Source of the DNA: the human T2T-CHM13v2.0 reference genome, Homo sapiens
NCBI RefSeq assembly: GCF_009914755.1
Contig: NC_060925.1
Reading direction: 5' to 3' (one strand)
Length of the DNA: 64,000 nt
In this document: positions 26,112 to 40,331 of the stretch, in pieces
How the letters are laid out: the number at the start of each line of letters is the position of its first letter
Position numbering within the stretch: position 1 is the first letter of the stretch
Notes under the pieces: generated by a model
What the model was told of the DNA's origin: nothing
The model's database searches: none
Seen by the model: only the letters and a program-made list of their open reading frames with translations
Program-made: the position numbers and the translations under genes

Positions 26112-27204
26112 TTTCAATAGAAGTTTAATAATCATAAAAATGATGTTTATTCTGTAACTTCTTTAGAAAATGATCTAGTCATGTAGGTTATGAGTATAAA
26201 TAATTATTAGTTTTATTAATGTTTAAAAGATTAATCAGATACATTTATTAGTCACATTAAGATTTTACAGTATTCTAAAATATCTTTTCTTGTAACAAAT
26301 ATTTATTGAATGCCTACTGTGTAATTGTAATTGCTTAAAACATGTAGTTTCACTTGCCCGAATCTTAAAGAGATAGCATACTAAAAGTGAGAATGATTAT
26401 AATTAAAAGTTTAACACAGTTTTATTGATATATAGTCCAAGATTATTATAATCATTATAATTTTCTACTAGTGATGATTATTCCTAATTATGGTCAAGTT
26501 AACCAAGAAAAACATAATTTTAAAATGAGCTGTTGCACAATTAATATTCCATAGCAAAATATTCATTTTGAGTGAAGAAAAAATTGATATAGTACTCTAT
26601 TACACCAGAGGTCAAAACTCTTCTAATAATAATTTACTGCAAGCCAACCATGTGCTCTTCTCTATAATTGCCAAGGACACATTGGGTCTTGATTTTTAAA
26701 AAATCGTTATTAAGCTATTTTCTCTTTCTTACTCATATATATTTCAATAAGGATCCAAGAACAGCACAAAATTCCAGTAGGTTTTATCTGTGTATAAAAT
26801 TAGCCTTGATGAATACAACTTAACATTTATGGGTGAGAGCAATCAAATTATACCTCCATTGACTATGGGGTTCAAATGATCAGCACAACTTGTATTCAAA
26901 TTAACATCATGCTGTTTTTCTCCTGAATGTATTGCATGGTTATAATACTTCACAAGAATACTAGTTACTATGTGCTAACCTATGTTAGAGCAGTGCCTGG
27001 GCTATACTAAGTGCTGAATAAATAATACTTAATGTAAGTATTAGATGGACTCATTGTATACATTGGTAGTACCTAATGTTCCTTCCGGATACTTATAGTA
27101 TCCATCTAATATTATGAATGGAATTTCCATCTGTAGAATCCCACCTCAGCATGAATTAGCATGAAATTTATAACCAAAGTAAAGGTTGCATTTTCCAAGA
27201 TTAT

Positions 27205-27828
<624 letters not shown>

Positions 27829-29092
27829 CAAGATAATAACTTTTAAACAAACTCCTAACTTGTTTAGTTATAATCACTTACATACTACTTTCCCTATACA
27901 TGTAACATGAGATGAAAATCAATAAGGGAAAGACTCTTGAAAAAATCGAATTCACAAAATGTGGACAGCCTAATGTTAAGCATTATCTGCTCCCCAGATT
28001 CAGTGCACCAAGGGGAAACAACGTGGCATGTCATTTTTTAAATGCCCCTGCTCTCTCAGAAAATAAAATTCCATAAGAAAAAAAATCTTTTATGAAATGT
28101 TTGGTGGGTTCCTCCTTTTTGTTTTTTTATGGGTAAGCACCTTCCTCGAAGTATTGTGGATTTATTTTTATAGTGATTCATCATATCAAGAGGCCCATTG
28201 TTCTGGCATTATATGTGTCTTAAAATACTAGAAATTTTCTTTCTTTATTCAAATCACAGGTATTAACAGCTCTGAATTTAAAAATTAGCATAGCTCACCA
28301 CTTACTGGTTAGAAGTAGAGGGGACTTTGGAAACAGACAAATGAAAGTTAAAATTATAAAGAAAACTCTCAGAAAAAAGAGTCAATTTTAACTGCATATA
28401 TAAATTATTGGTGTGCAGTCTTATGGTGAAAGTTTAACTTGCCATCATTATGTAGATTCATTCATTATATAATTATCCATTATGTAAAGCCATTTTGGAA
28501 ATTCACAAAAGCTCCACATAGAATGCAACTCTGCAATGGAACTAGAACCATAGTTTGTAATCTAAAGATCTGGTATTGTTGAAATGTCATCAGCATAATT
28601 TGCCGGTTTTACTGAATTTTTTTTTCTACTAACATCAAAGAGCAGAGTGTAGTGTCAGGATTGCAACCTGAAGCAAGGTTCATAAAGAATTACAGTGTTT
28701 GGGTGACAGGCTGTGTACATGTACACAGTCTGTTCATAACACACTTGGTGTTGGTCCAGCTCTCAGCATTTCTAAGAAGTCTTCCTTTGAATAAAGAGGA
28801 AAGGCAATGGAATTGAGAGCACTAATAAGAAATAACACTTTCTGGTTTATAACTGTAATGACTTAAACTATTTTCGTAATTAATTTAAACAATAGATGCC
28901 AGCAGTGTTCATAGATTTTAGCTCATAATTTTCATGTTTTACTGTCTCCTAGTTTTTCAGATAATTAGGAATTAACGTTTGCTGTCTTAAGACTCTATTT
29001 AAGATAATTACAGAAGTTTTAATATGCTAAATCTATATATCTCAGCTGGGAAACAAAACTTAAGACCTAAACCTCTTTTAAAATATCTGATG

Positions 29093-29310
29093 CAGGAGTC
29101 AGCAAACATTTTTTAAAGGACCTGATGGTAAGTAACTTAGGCTTTGCTGTCCATATAGTCTCTGTTGCAACTATTCACTTCTACTGCTGTAGAGTTAAAG
29201 CGGCCATAGACAATATATAAAGGAATGAGCATGGTGATGTTCAGTAATCTTTACTTACAAAAAAGACAGCAGGACACTTTGGCCCATAGGCTTTAAGTTG
29301 CTAATCCATG
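29093..29310. mobile_element. MER58A-like hAT MITE
   Basis: CAGGAGTCAGCAAAC start; GTCTCTGTTGCAACTATTCACTTCTACTGCTGTAG body. Confidence 0.8.
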
Positions 29311-29609
29311 GTCTACAGACTATTTTATTTTGTTTACTCCGTTTATCCTGAAGTAAATCTCATGGAACAGTTTCAACATCTTTAAAATCTCCTACTTTGG
29401 AAACTATTTTGTATTCTTGATTGACAGTTTACAATATTAAACTTATAGCTGAGGTATATCCATAGCAATACTTGTGAAAAACATAGAAAATACTGCTTCT
29501 TTATCTTTCTGAGTTTCTATACTTTAACCCACATGATTTCCAAATATTGCTATGTGGCCCTTTTAAGGCTCCCTCAATGTTAAATAATGACTGACATCTT
29601 TTATTAAAC

Positions 29610-31410
29610 TCAGTATTCTAACTTAACCAAAATATCCTTCAGAAATAAAGAAAAAATTAAAACATTCTCCGACAAGGAAGACTAAGAGAATCAGTCTTCA
29701 GTTGAACTGCCATAAAAGAACGGCTATAAAAAAATTTTCTAAATAGAAATAAAACAATAAAAGAAGGAAACTTAGGGCATCAGGTAGGAGTGAGAAAAAT
29801 GGTAAAAATATAAAAGATAGGTAAATACAAAATACTTTCCTTCTCTTGAGTTTTCCAAGTTTGCTTGACAGTTAAAAACTATAGTACATTATCATAATAA
29901 AAATACTTTATCATGTATGCAGAGAAAATATTTAAGATGCATATATTTTAAATGGGGTAAAGGAATGTAAAGGGCACTAAGTTTTCTATACTTTGCTGGA
30001 ACTAGTAAAGGTTGGACATCCTTAGACTATGATAAGTAATGTGTTTGTAAGGCAACACATAGAGCAATTACTTAAAAAGCTGTGCAGAGATATATTCAAA
30101 AACTCTGGCAATAAGATAGAGTTCTAAAAAATGCTCAGGTAACCCACAGGAATGCAGGAAAAAGAAAATAGAGAAACAAAAATGAGAGGCAACAAACAGA
30201 AAAAGAAAAAAGAAAAAGTCAGACTTAAGTCCTAATGAATCAATAATTAAATTACATGTAAATGGTTTAAATACATCAATCAAAATAGAGAGGTTGGCAA
30301 AGCAGATTAAAGAATGCATATGTTGTATCAACTATAGGCTGTCTGCAAGAGACTCACTTAAAATAGGACAATATCTTTAGCCTGAAAAATAAAAAGATGG
30401 AAAAGAAACATGATTGTTCATAGCAGCTTTATTTGTTATAAACAAAAACTGAAAGCAATCAAAATATTCTATAATATTTGAATGGTTTAGAAAATTGTGA
30501 TGCATTCATATCATGAGATACTATTCTGCAATAAAAAATAATGAACTTGATATATACTATAACTGGGAAAGATCTCAAGGACACTATGCTGAATATAAAA
30601 AGCTAATTTCAAAGATTATGCACTGTATGGCAGTACATAACCTTTGTACACTTACATGTAAGTGTACACTCAAAGGACATTCTATAAATGACAAAATTAC
30701 AGAATTGGAAAATAGAATGTTAAATAATGAGTGACATCTTTTATTGAACTCAGTATTCTATTCTAAGCCAAAACATCATTTGGCAATAAAGGAGAAATCA
30801 AAACGTTCTCTAATGAAGAAAACTAAGTTTGTCTTCAGTTGACCTGCCATAAAAGAATTGCCAGAAAAAGTTCTGAACATAGAAATAAAGCAATAAAAGA
30901 ATGAACCTTAGAACACCAGGAAGGAAGAACAAAAATGCTAAAAATAAAAAGGGGGTTAGGCATGGTGCATGGGGGAGGAATGTATGTAACTATAAGGAAA
31001 TAATACAAGAAAGATCTTTGTGCTGAGGGAATAGCCCTGTATCTTGATTTTGGTTCTGGCTACATGAATGAACTCATGATAAAATGGTATAGAAATATAC
31101 ACAAACATTGCACTAATGACCATTTCCTAGTTTGATGTCATATATGTTATACAAACATTGGGTGGGGGGTCCTCCTTCCACAGTTACATAGTACTTTATG
31201 CCACCGCTTGTGTGGAATTAACTCCCTGAACAGTAGTAACTGGCTTTATTTGTCTTTGGTCTCAAGGGACAGGGGACTCCTTGTGACTAGAGAAGATCTG
31301 TTCATCTTCATGCCCCATTGGGAAAAACTGGGTGAAGAGTACATGAAAACTCTTTGTACTAACTTTGGAACTTCCTGTGAGTCAGTAATCATTTCAAAGT
31401 AGAAGGTAAA
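29610..31410 (+). mobile_element. Old L1 (L1MC-like) fragments: ORF1 end, ORF2 start and 3'UTR, internally rearranged
   Basis: AAATAAAGAAAAAATTAAAACATTCTC; ACATGTAAATGGTTTAAATACATCAATCAAAA; TTCATAGCAGCTTTATTTG; TTCCTGTGAGTCAGTAATCATTTCAAA terminus. Confidence 0.8.
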
Positions 31411-31666
31411 ACATAATTTATATTTATTTGGGTTAATTTATGTAAACACTCTGAGTATCATGTTCATCTGTACAATGAGTTTGGTTTTGAGGCTTAAATG
31501 AGATAAGTATGTGAAAATACCTCTCCCTCATTGCCTATGGTATGGAAGGTAATGAAAAAGTTAGTTGAACCATGTTGGCTAAAATTGATTGGTGTGAGCT
31601 TTATGTTAATAGGGTGTAGCCATATTAAAGCTATAAGGAAAATAAAGGGCTGATGCATATTTAGGA

Positions 31667-31706
31667 GTGTGTGTGTGTGTGTGTGTGTGTGTCTGTGTGT
31701 GTGTGT
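31667..31706. repeat. (TG)n microsatellite
   Basis: Read directly. Confidence 0.95.
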
Positions 31707-32217
31707 TTACTTAGGGGAATAGGGAAGTGAGAAAACATCAGGAAAAAAAACACTTGCTTGTGTGAATACCTCATTATCTCCATCCCAATTTTAATATCTA
31801 GTTCCTAGAAGCCATGTAGGAATCAAAGACAAAGAGGAGCATTCATTGGTTCAGCAATCTTTACAGATTCCCTACTTTGTGCCAAGCCTTGTGCTAAGCC
31901 ATGTAGTATAAAGAAGAACAGATTATTTCCGGACAAAAGGACTCCCCTGGCCCATGAGACCAAAAGCAAATAAAGTCAATTATTACAATTCAGAAAGTTA
32001 ATTCCATACAAGTGGTGACATGAAGTACTATATAACTATGGAAGAAGAAACACACAATTTTTCCCGGGAAGTTTTGGAATGATTTTTTGAAAAATTGAAG
32101 AATAAATAGAAATTTGTCAATTGAATAAAATGACAAAGATATTCCTAGTAGAAGAAACAACATATGTAAAGGTAGAAAAGCAAATTTCTAACTTGACTAG
32201 TAGGATGCATAGTTATT

Positions 32218-33491
32218 TTAGGTGAGTGCAAAAGTAATTGTGGTTTTTGCATTGTTGGAAGTTGCTGTTTGATATTGGAATACATTCTTAAATAAATGTG
32301 GTTATGTTATAAATCATTTTAATAGACATTCTCTCTTTACTTTTTTTGCTAATGACTTATTACTTGCAGTTTATTTTATGTTTATTTTAGACTATGGAAA
32401 TGATGTTAGACAAAAAGTAAATCCGAGTGATTTTCTTATTCAAGTTCAAAACGGGTCATAAAGCAGCAGAGACAACTCGCAACATCAACAAGGCATTTGG
32501 CCCAGGAACTGCTAACGAATGTACAATGCAGTGGTGGTTCAAGAAGTTTTGCAAAGGAGATGAGAGCATTGAAGATGAGGAGTGTAGTGGCTGGCCATCA
32601 GAAGTTGACAAGGACCAATTGAGAGCAATCATAAAAGCTGATCCTCTTACAACTACATGAGAAGTTGCTGAATAATTCCACATTGACTATTCTATGGTCA
32701 CTTTGCATTTGAAGCAAATTGGAAAGGTGAAAAAGCTTGATAATGGGTGCCTCATGAGCTGATCGAAAATCAGAAAAATAGTTGTTTTGAAGTGTCATCT
32801 TCTCTTTTTCTACACAACAACAAACCATTTCGCAATCGGATTGTGATGTGCGATGAAAAGTGGATTTCATACAAAAACCAGTGATGACCAGCTCAGTGGT
32901 TGGACCGAGAAGAAGCTCCAAAGCATTTCCCAAAGCCAAACTTGCACCAAAAAAAGGGCATGGTCACCGGTGGTCGGCTGCCAGTCTGATCCACTACAGC
33001 TTTCTGAATCCTGGCAAAACCATTACAACTGAGAAGTATGCTCAGCAAATCAATGAGATGGACTGAAAACTGTGACACCTGCACAGTTGGTCAACAGAAC
33101 GGCCCAATCCTTCCCTATGACAATGCCTGACTGCACATTGCCCAACCAATGCTTCAAAACTTGAATGAATTGGGCTACAAAATTTTGCCTCATTTGCCAT
33201 ATTCACCTGACCTCTTGCCAACTGACTACCACTACTTCAAACATCTCAACAACTTTTTGCAGGGAAAACACTTCCACAACAAGCAGGATGCAGAAAAACT
33301 TTCCAAGAGTTTGTTGAATCTCAAAGCAAGGATTTTTTTTAATGCTACAGAATAAACAAGCTTATTTTTCATTGGCAAAAATGTGTTGATTTTAATGGTT
33401 CCAATTTTGATTAATAAAGGTGTGTTTGAGCCTATTTATAATGATTTAAAATTCAGGATCTGAAACCACAATTACTTTTGCACCAATCTAA
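32218..33491 (+). mobile_element. Hsmar1 mariner DNA transposon, near full length
   Basis: TIRs TTAGGTGAGTGCAAAAGTAATTGTGGTTTT and AAACCACAATTACTTTTGCACCAATCTAA, 3' TA flank, ~1.27 kb. Confidence 0.95.
32394..33414 (+). pseudogene. Disrupted Hsmar1 transposase ORF
   Basis: MEMMLDKK* start; fragments IFLFKFKTGHKAAETTRNINKAFGPGTANECTMQWWFKKFCKGD, CDEKW, YSPDLLPTDYHYF; multiple stops and frameshifts. Confidence 0.92.
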
Positions 33492-33806
33492 TATGCCTCC
33501 ACATCTAAGTTCTTCATTTACTCCAATCTTCCATATTCTGTTTCTGTCCCATTATGACACTGAATTGCCTCACTGACCACCAAACTACTTAACCCAGAGG
33601 TATCTATATGGTTTGTATCTTATTTGACCTGATTGACATTATTCACTATTCCTAAAAAGGTTTTCATCTTTTGGGTCCTTAAAATCATGGCATTCTGATT
33701 CTATCCCTATGCCTTAGATCACTTGTTTAAAGTCTCCTTTACAAGTGATCAATGACTGTTTATTAAACAAAAGTGAGCAGTGTCAAGTGATTGATTTAAG
33801 AAATAA

Positions 33807-34110
<304 letters not shown>

Positions 34111-34598
34111 GAAGAGATCTGAGTCTTTCTAAATGTGAGCAGGATAGGGTCAGTAGAAAGGAAAAAGTTAAAGATGTAAGAAAAAGATAATATTTAATAA
34201 AATAAGGACCTGACAAATAGGAAGAAAAGGAATCTCAAACATGACAGGAGAAAAAGAACATAAATTGAGCATTCTTTATCTTGAGTTAGGCAATAGCCTT
34301 AATGCCTATGATAATTAAGTTAGTAATGCCTTATCAAAACATTAAGCATACGGAAATTAGACAAAAAAGTGTTTGAGACATATAGCCCAGTGTTGTGCTC
34401 ACATGTTTAGCTTCAGAGCCAGTAACACCTTTATCAATTAATAAAAACCACCAGGCTAAAGGATGAACATGTCTGGATATTCCAGGTACCAAAGAATAGA
34501 AAGAAATGAACTTGGAAATAGACATCAAAATAAATAGCCACAAATAAGTGAATATTTTTAAACGGCTTTCAACATGCTTCTAGATTTTTTTATCTCCT

Positions 34599-37057
34599 TG
34601 ATATGGTTTTGATCTGCATCCCCACTCAAGTCTCATGTGGAATTGTAATCCTCAATGTTGGAGGTGGACCTAGCGGGAGGTAACTGGATCATGGGGGGAG
34701 TTTTCATAAACAGCTGAGCACTATCCCTTTAGTGCTGTTCTTGTGAGAGAGTTCTCATGACATCTTGTTGTTTAAAAGAGTGGAGAACCTCCCCCTTCTC
34801 TCTCTTGCTCTTGCTTTGTCCTTGTAACATGTGCTGGCTTTCCCTTTGCCTTCTGTCATGACCGTAAGTATCCTAAGGCCTCTCCAGAAGCAGAAGTTGC
34901 TACGCTTCCTGTACAGCCTGCAGAACAAGGAACCAATTAAACTTCTTTCTTTGTAAATTATGCAGTCTCGGGTATTTCTTTATAGCAGTGCAAGAATGGA
35001 CTAATATAGAAAATTGGTACTGAGGAGTAGGGCATTGCTATAAAGATACCTGAAAATGTAGAATTGCCTTTGGAACTGGGTAAGGGGAAGAGGTTGGAAG
35101 AGTTTGGAGGGCCCAAAAGAAGACAGGAAGATGAGGGAAAATTTGGAACTTCATAGAGACTTCTTGAATGGTTGTGCTGATAGGGATATGGACAATGAAA
35201 TCCAGGCTGATGGGGTCTCAGATAGAAATGAGGAATGTATTGGGAACTAGAGTAAAGGTCACTTTTGCTACACTTTAGCAAAGAGCAAGGCTGTATTGTG
35301 CCCCTGCTCTAGGGATCTGTGGAACTTTTAACTTGAGAATGATGATTTAGGGTATTTGGCAAAAGAAATTTTAAAGCAGCCAGGTGTTCAAGAAGTAGCC
35401 TGGCTGCTTCTAACAATATATGCTCCTATGTGTGGGCAAAGAAATGACCTGGAACTGGAACTTTTATATTTTAAAGGGAAGCACAGCATAAAAGTTTGGA
35501 AAATTTTCAGCCTTGCTATGTGGTAGGTAGAAAAGTAAAGCCCATTTCAGAGGAGCAATTCAAGATGGCTGCAGAAATCTGCATAATTAAAAAGAAGGTA
35601 AAGGCTGATAGAAAAATGAGGAAAAGACCTCAAAGGCATTTCAGAGAAGCTCATGGAAGCTCCTCCCATCACAGACCTGGAGGCCTACCAAGGAAGAATG
35701 ATTTTGTGGGCCAGGCCCAGGGCCGAGCTGCCTTGTGCAGCCTCAGAACATAGCTCCCTGCATCCCAGCAACTCCAGCTCCAGACATGGCTCAAAGGGGC
35801 CCATATAAAGCTCAGGCCACTGCTTCAGAGGCTGCAAGCCATAACCTTTGGCAGCTTTGATGTGGTGTTAAGCCTGTGGGTGCACAGAGTACAAGAGCTG
35901 AGGCTTGGAAGCCTCTGCTTAGATTTCAAAGGATGAATGGAAAGGCCTGGATATCCAGGCATCCAGGCAGAAGCCCACTACAGGGGTGGAACCTTCATGA
36001 ATAACTCTATTGGGGCAGTATGGAAGGCAAATGTGGGGTCAGAGCCGCCACACAGAGTCCCCACTGGGGCATTACTTAGTGGAGTTGTGAGAAGAGGGCC
36101 CCAGAATGGTAGATCCACTGACAGCTTGTACCCTACACCTGGAAAAGCAGCAACCACTCAACATTAGCCCATGAGAGCAGCCATAGGGACTGAACCCTAC
36201 AAAGTCATGGGACAGAGCTGCCCAAGGCCTTGGGAACTCAGCCCTTGCTTCAGTGTGCCCTGATTGTGAGACATGGAGTCAAAGGAGATTATTTTGAAGT
36301 TTTGAGATTTAATGACTGCAGTGCTGGGTTTCAGAAATGCATAGGGCCTGTATCCTTCCAATTTTTTTTGTTTTTGGCTGATTTCTCCCTTTTGGAATGG
36401 GAGTATTTACGCAATGCCTATACCCCATTGTATCTTGCAAGTAACTAACTTCTTTTTGATTTTACAGGCACATAGGAAGAAGGGACTTGTCTTGTCTCAG
36501 ATGAAACTTTGAACTTTGGACTTTTAACTTAATGCTGCAATAAGGTTAAGACTCTGGGGGACTGTTGAGAAGGGATTATTGTATTTTAAAATGTGAGTAG
36601 GACATGAGATTTTTAGGAGGTGTCAGTGTGGGAATGATATGGTTTGGATCTGTGTCTTTGCTCAAGTCTCATGTGAATTGTAATCCCAATGTTGGAGGTG
36701 GAGTGTAGTGGGAAGTGATTGGATCAAGTGGGTGATTTTTCATAAATGGTTTAGCACCATTGCCCTAGTCCTGCTCTTATGATAGAGTTCTCAGGAGATC
36801 TGGTTGTTTAAAAGAGTGTAGAACCTCCCCCGACCCCCTTTCTCCTGCTCCAGCATTGTAAGACATGCCTACTTCCCCTTCACTTTCCACCATGACTATA
36901 AGTTTCCTGAGGCCTCCCCAGAAGCAGAAGCTGTTATGCCTTGCCTCCTGTACAGCCTACAGAACTGTGATTAACATTTTTAACAATAAAACTTTTTTTT
37001 TTTTACAAATTACCTAGTTTCTGGTATTTTATAGCAATGGGAGAATGGACTAATACA
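34599..37057 (+). mobile_element. Full-length MSTA-type MaLR provirus (LTR 34599-35008, internal 35009-36634, LTR 36635-37057)
   Basis: Two homologous LTRs beginning TGATATGGTTT and ending GGACTAATA(T/C)A, MaLR internal sequence between, TSD CTCCT/CTCAT. Confidence 0.92.
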
Positions 37058-37328
37058 CTCATCTATAATTGAAATTTTTTTCCTTTAATTTTTTATTTTT
37101 TCTTACTATTTCTAGGCTTATTAATACAATCATATGTAATACAATTTTTATTTTTTCTTTATTTTTAAAATCAGAAGCCTCATGTATACTTGTCGATATT
37201 CTCCAGAAGTTTACAGTGATTTTTACCTTCATGGTAACCTCATTTGTGAGCAGCTATGTGAATTACATTTTCAAGAGTCATAAAGAGGCCCCTTAATTTC
37301 AGGAACAGAGTTACAAATTCTATCTGGT

Positions 37329-37702
37329 TAATATGACTTGGCTGTGTCTTCACTCAAATCTCATCATAAACTATAGTTCCCATAATCCCCATGTGTTGTT
37401 GGAAGGGACCTGGTAGGAGGTAATTGAATGGTGAGGGTGGTTACCTCCATGCTGTGCTCATGATAGTGAGTGAGTTGTCAAGAAATCTGATGGTTTTACT
37501 AGGGGGTTTTCCCCCATTTTGCTTGGCACTTCTCTTTGATGCCACCACGTGAAGGACAGTTTTGCTTCCCCTTCCACCATGATTGTAAGTTTCCTGAGGC
37601 CTCCCCAGTCCTGTGGAACCATGAGTCCATTAAACCTCTTTCCTTTATAAATTACCCAGTCTTGGGTATGTCTTTATTAGCAGCGTGAGAATAAACTAAT
37701 AA
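37329..37702 (+). mobile_element. THE1D-like solo LTR
   Basis: TTGGCTGTGTC...CAAATCTCATC start; CCATTAAACCTCTTTCCTTTATAAATTACCCAGTC...AACTAATA end. Confidence 0.88.
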
Positions 37703-37769
37703 TCTGTTCAAAAATTTAAACACATTTCAAAAGTATATTAACAGCTAAGAATATGAAATGTTTATAAGT

Positions 37770-37975
37770 CATAAACTCTGTCCAATGTTGCATACTATTC
37801 CATTTACTGTTCATATAACAATTCTGTGAATTGGGTACAATTGTTACTGCCATTTTGTATTTGAAGTTTAAGGAAGTTAACAATTTTTTCTAAGATGTTA
37901 CTTTTGATAAGAGGAAGATCTGGATCTCAAACTCGACTGAAATCAAAATGCATTATCTTAATCACTAGGCCCTAC
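37770..37975 (-). mobile_element. MIR, degraded
   Basis: TAACAATTCTGTGAATTGGGTACAATTGTTACTGCCATTTT. Confidence 0.55.
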
Positions 37976-38645
37976 CGGCACCATCTCATAAGTAAATTCC
38001 TGGTAGAAATGAAATCATACACTTCACACTAGGAATTTTGAAAAAACCTTGAAAAATTTGAAACAGATAAAGAACCAGTCATAGATGAGCAGAAGCAGTA
38101 GGATCACATGTAAAGATCTATGAGCCTACTTGTATCTCTAGCCATAGGACAACTACCCTCTTTATTTTCCTTGAGATAAATATTTTTCTTACTAGTTCTG
38201 GTGCTCTTTGCATACACACAGATTACAGGCTCCGTTCCAGGCTTCTTGTTAGATAAAACCACACAAAATATTTTTTCTATCCCTCACCCTGAAGTTATTT
38301 AAGGTCTTATTGTGGTTTAGAAGAATATCACAGGAAGTAGCCTAGACTTCTGAGTCTTTGATAATTTTACTATAAAGCAGTTAAGTAAAGTTACATTTTT
38401 AAAGCAAAATGTAATGATTCTAACTCCAATTGTATGGTATAAAATCAATCAAAGTTAAATGAAATGGTTGATTCCAGAAGTAAGGCAGAAAATATGAGCC
38501 TGTTGTATTTTCTTATGCCAGAAAGCATAGAAGTAAACAAAATGATGGGTTCATGTCATAAGGACACAGGAGACCGATTTGGTGTGACTCCTAATGGTCA
38601 AACTGAAGACAATTTGACCAAGAAAAACATTAAAGACTTTTTAAA

Positions 38646-39377
38646 AATGTAAATAAAAACCACAACGAGATACCATTTCATGCCAGTTAGAATGGCAATC
38701 ATTAAAAAGTCAGGAAACAACAAATGCTGGAGAGGATGTGGAAAAATAGGAGCACTTTTATACTGTTGGTGGGACTGTAAATTAGTTCAACCATTGTGGA
38801 AGACAGTGTGGTAATTCCTTAAGGATCTAGAACCAGAAATAACCATTTGACCCAGCAATCTCATTACTGGGTATATACCCAAAGGATTATAAATCATTCT
38901 ACTCTAAAGACACATGCACACGTATGTTTATTGTGGCACTATTCACAATAGCAAAGACTTGGAACCAACCCAAATGCCCATCAATGATAGACTGGATAAA
39001 GAAAATGTGGCATATATACACCATGGAATACTATGCAGCCATAAAAAAGATGAGTTAATGTCCTTTGCAGGGACATGGATGAAGCTGGAAACCATCATTC
39101 TCAGCAAACTAACACAAGAACAGAAAACCAAACACCACATGTTCTCACTCATAAGTGGGAGTTGAACAACGAGAACATGGACACAGGGAGGGGAGCATCA
39201 CACACTGGGGCCTGTCAGGGGGTTCGGGGCTAGGGTAGAGATAGCATTAGGAGAAATACTTAATGTAGATGATGGGTTGATGGGTGCAGCAAACCACCAT
39301 GGCATGTGTATACCTATGTAACAAAACTGCACGTTCTGCACACGTACCCCAGAACTTAAAGTATCATAAAACAAAAA
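38646..39377 (+). mobile_element. 5'-truncated L1PA (PA6-PA8-like): ORF2 C-terminal end plus 3'UTR
   Basis: AAAACCACAACGAGATACCAT..., peptide SFAGTWMKLETIILSKLTQEQKTKHHMFSLISGS, terminus CCCCAGAACTTAAAGTAT. Confidence 0.93.
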
Positions 39378-39642
<265 letters not shown>

Positions 39643-40132
39643 GGTGTGAATCCACGAGTTCATGCCATAAAAATAAACAAACAAATAATAAATAGGAGAA
39701 AGGGGAATTCTACAGTAGAATGTCAAGTGCTAACTAGTAAAAGCAGAAGGACTGCTGAATCTAGAAAAAAATCATCAGTTTGATCATCAGAGTGAAGGCT
39801 GAGTGCAAAAGAATCATCAATAATGTCAAATCTAAGGGCAGAGTTGACAAAGAGCAGATATTTGGATGTCACGGTCTTAAAATCTCTCCCTACAGACTGT
39901 TTATTGGTAGCATAGGGAAGAAAAAGGAATAAACTATATGATGTGGAAATCAGACAACACACTGATTGATTGAAAATAACATCACAAATGAGGGACACAT
40001 GAATATTATGTGACTCCGGATCCGATTCCCTGAGAAGGATACAACTTCACTTACTTCCATAAGGACATAACTAGAAATCTCATGAGAAAATATGAGACAA
40101 CCCACAAAGGAGAAATATTCTATTTAAAAAGG

Positions 40133-40331
<199 letters not shown>

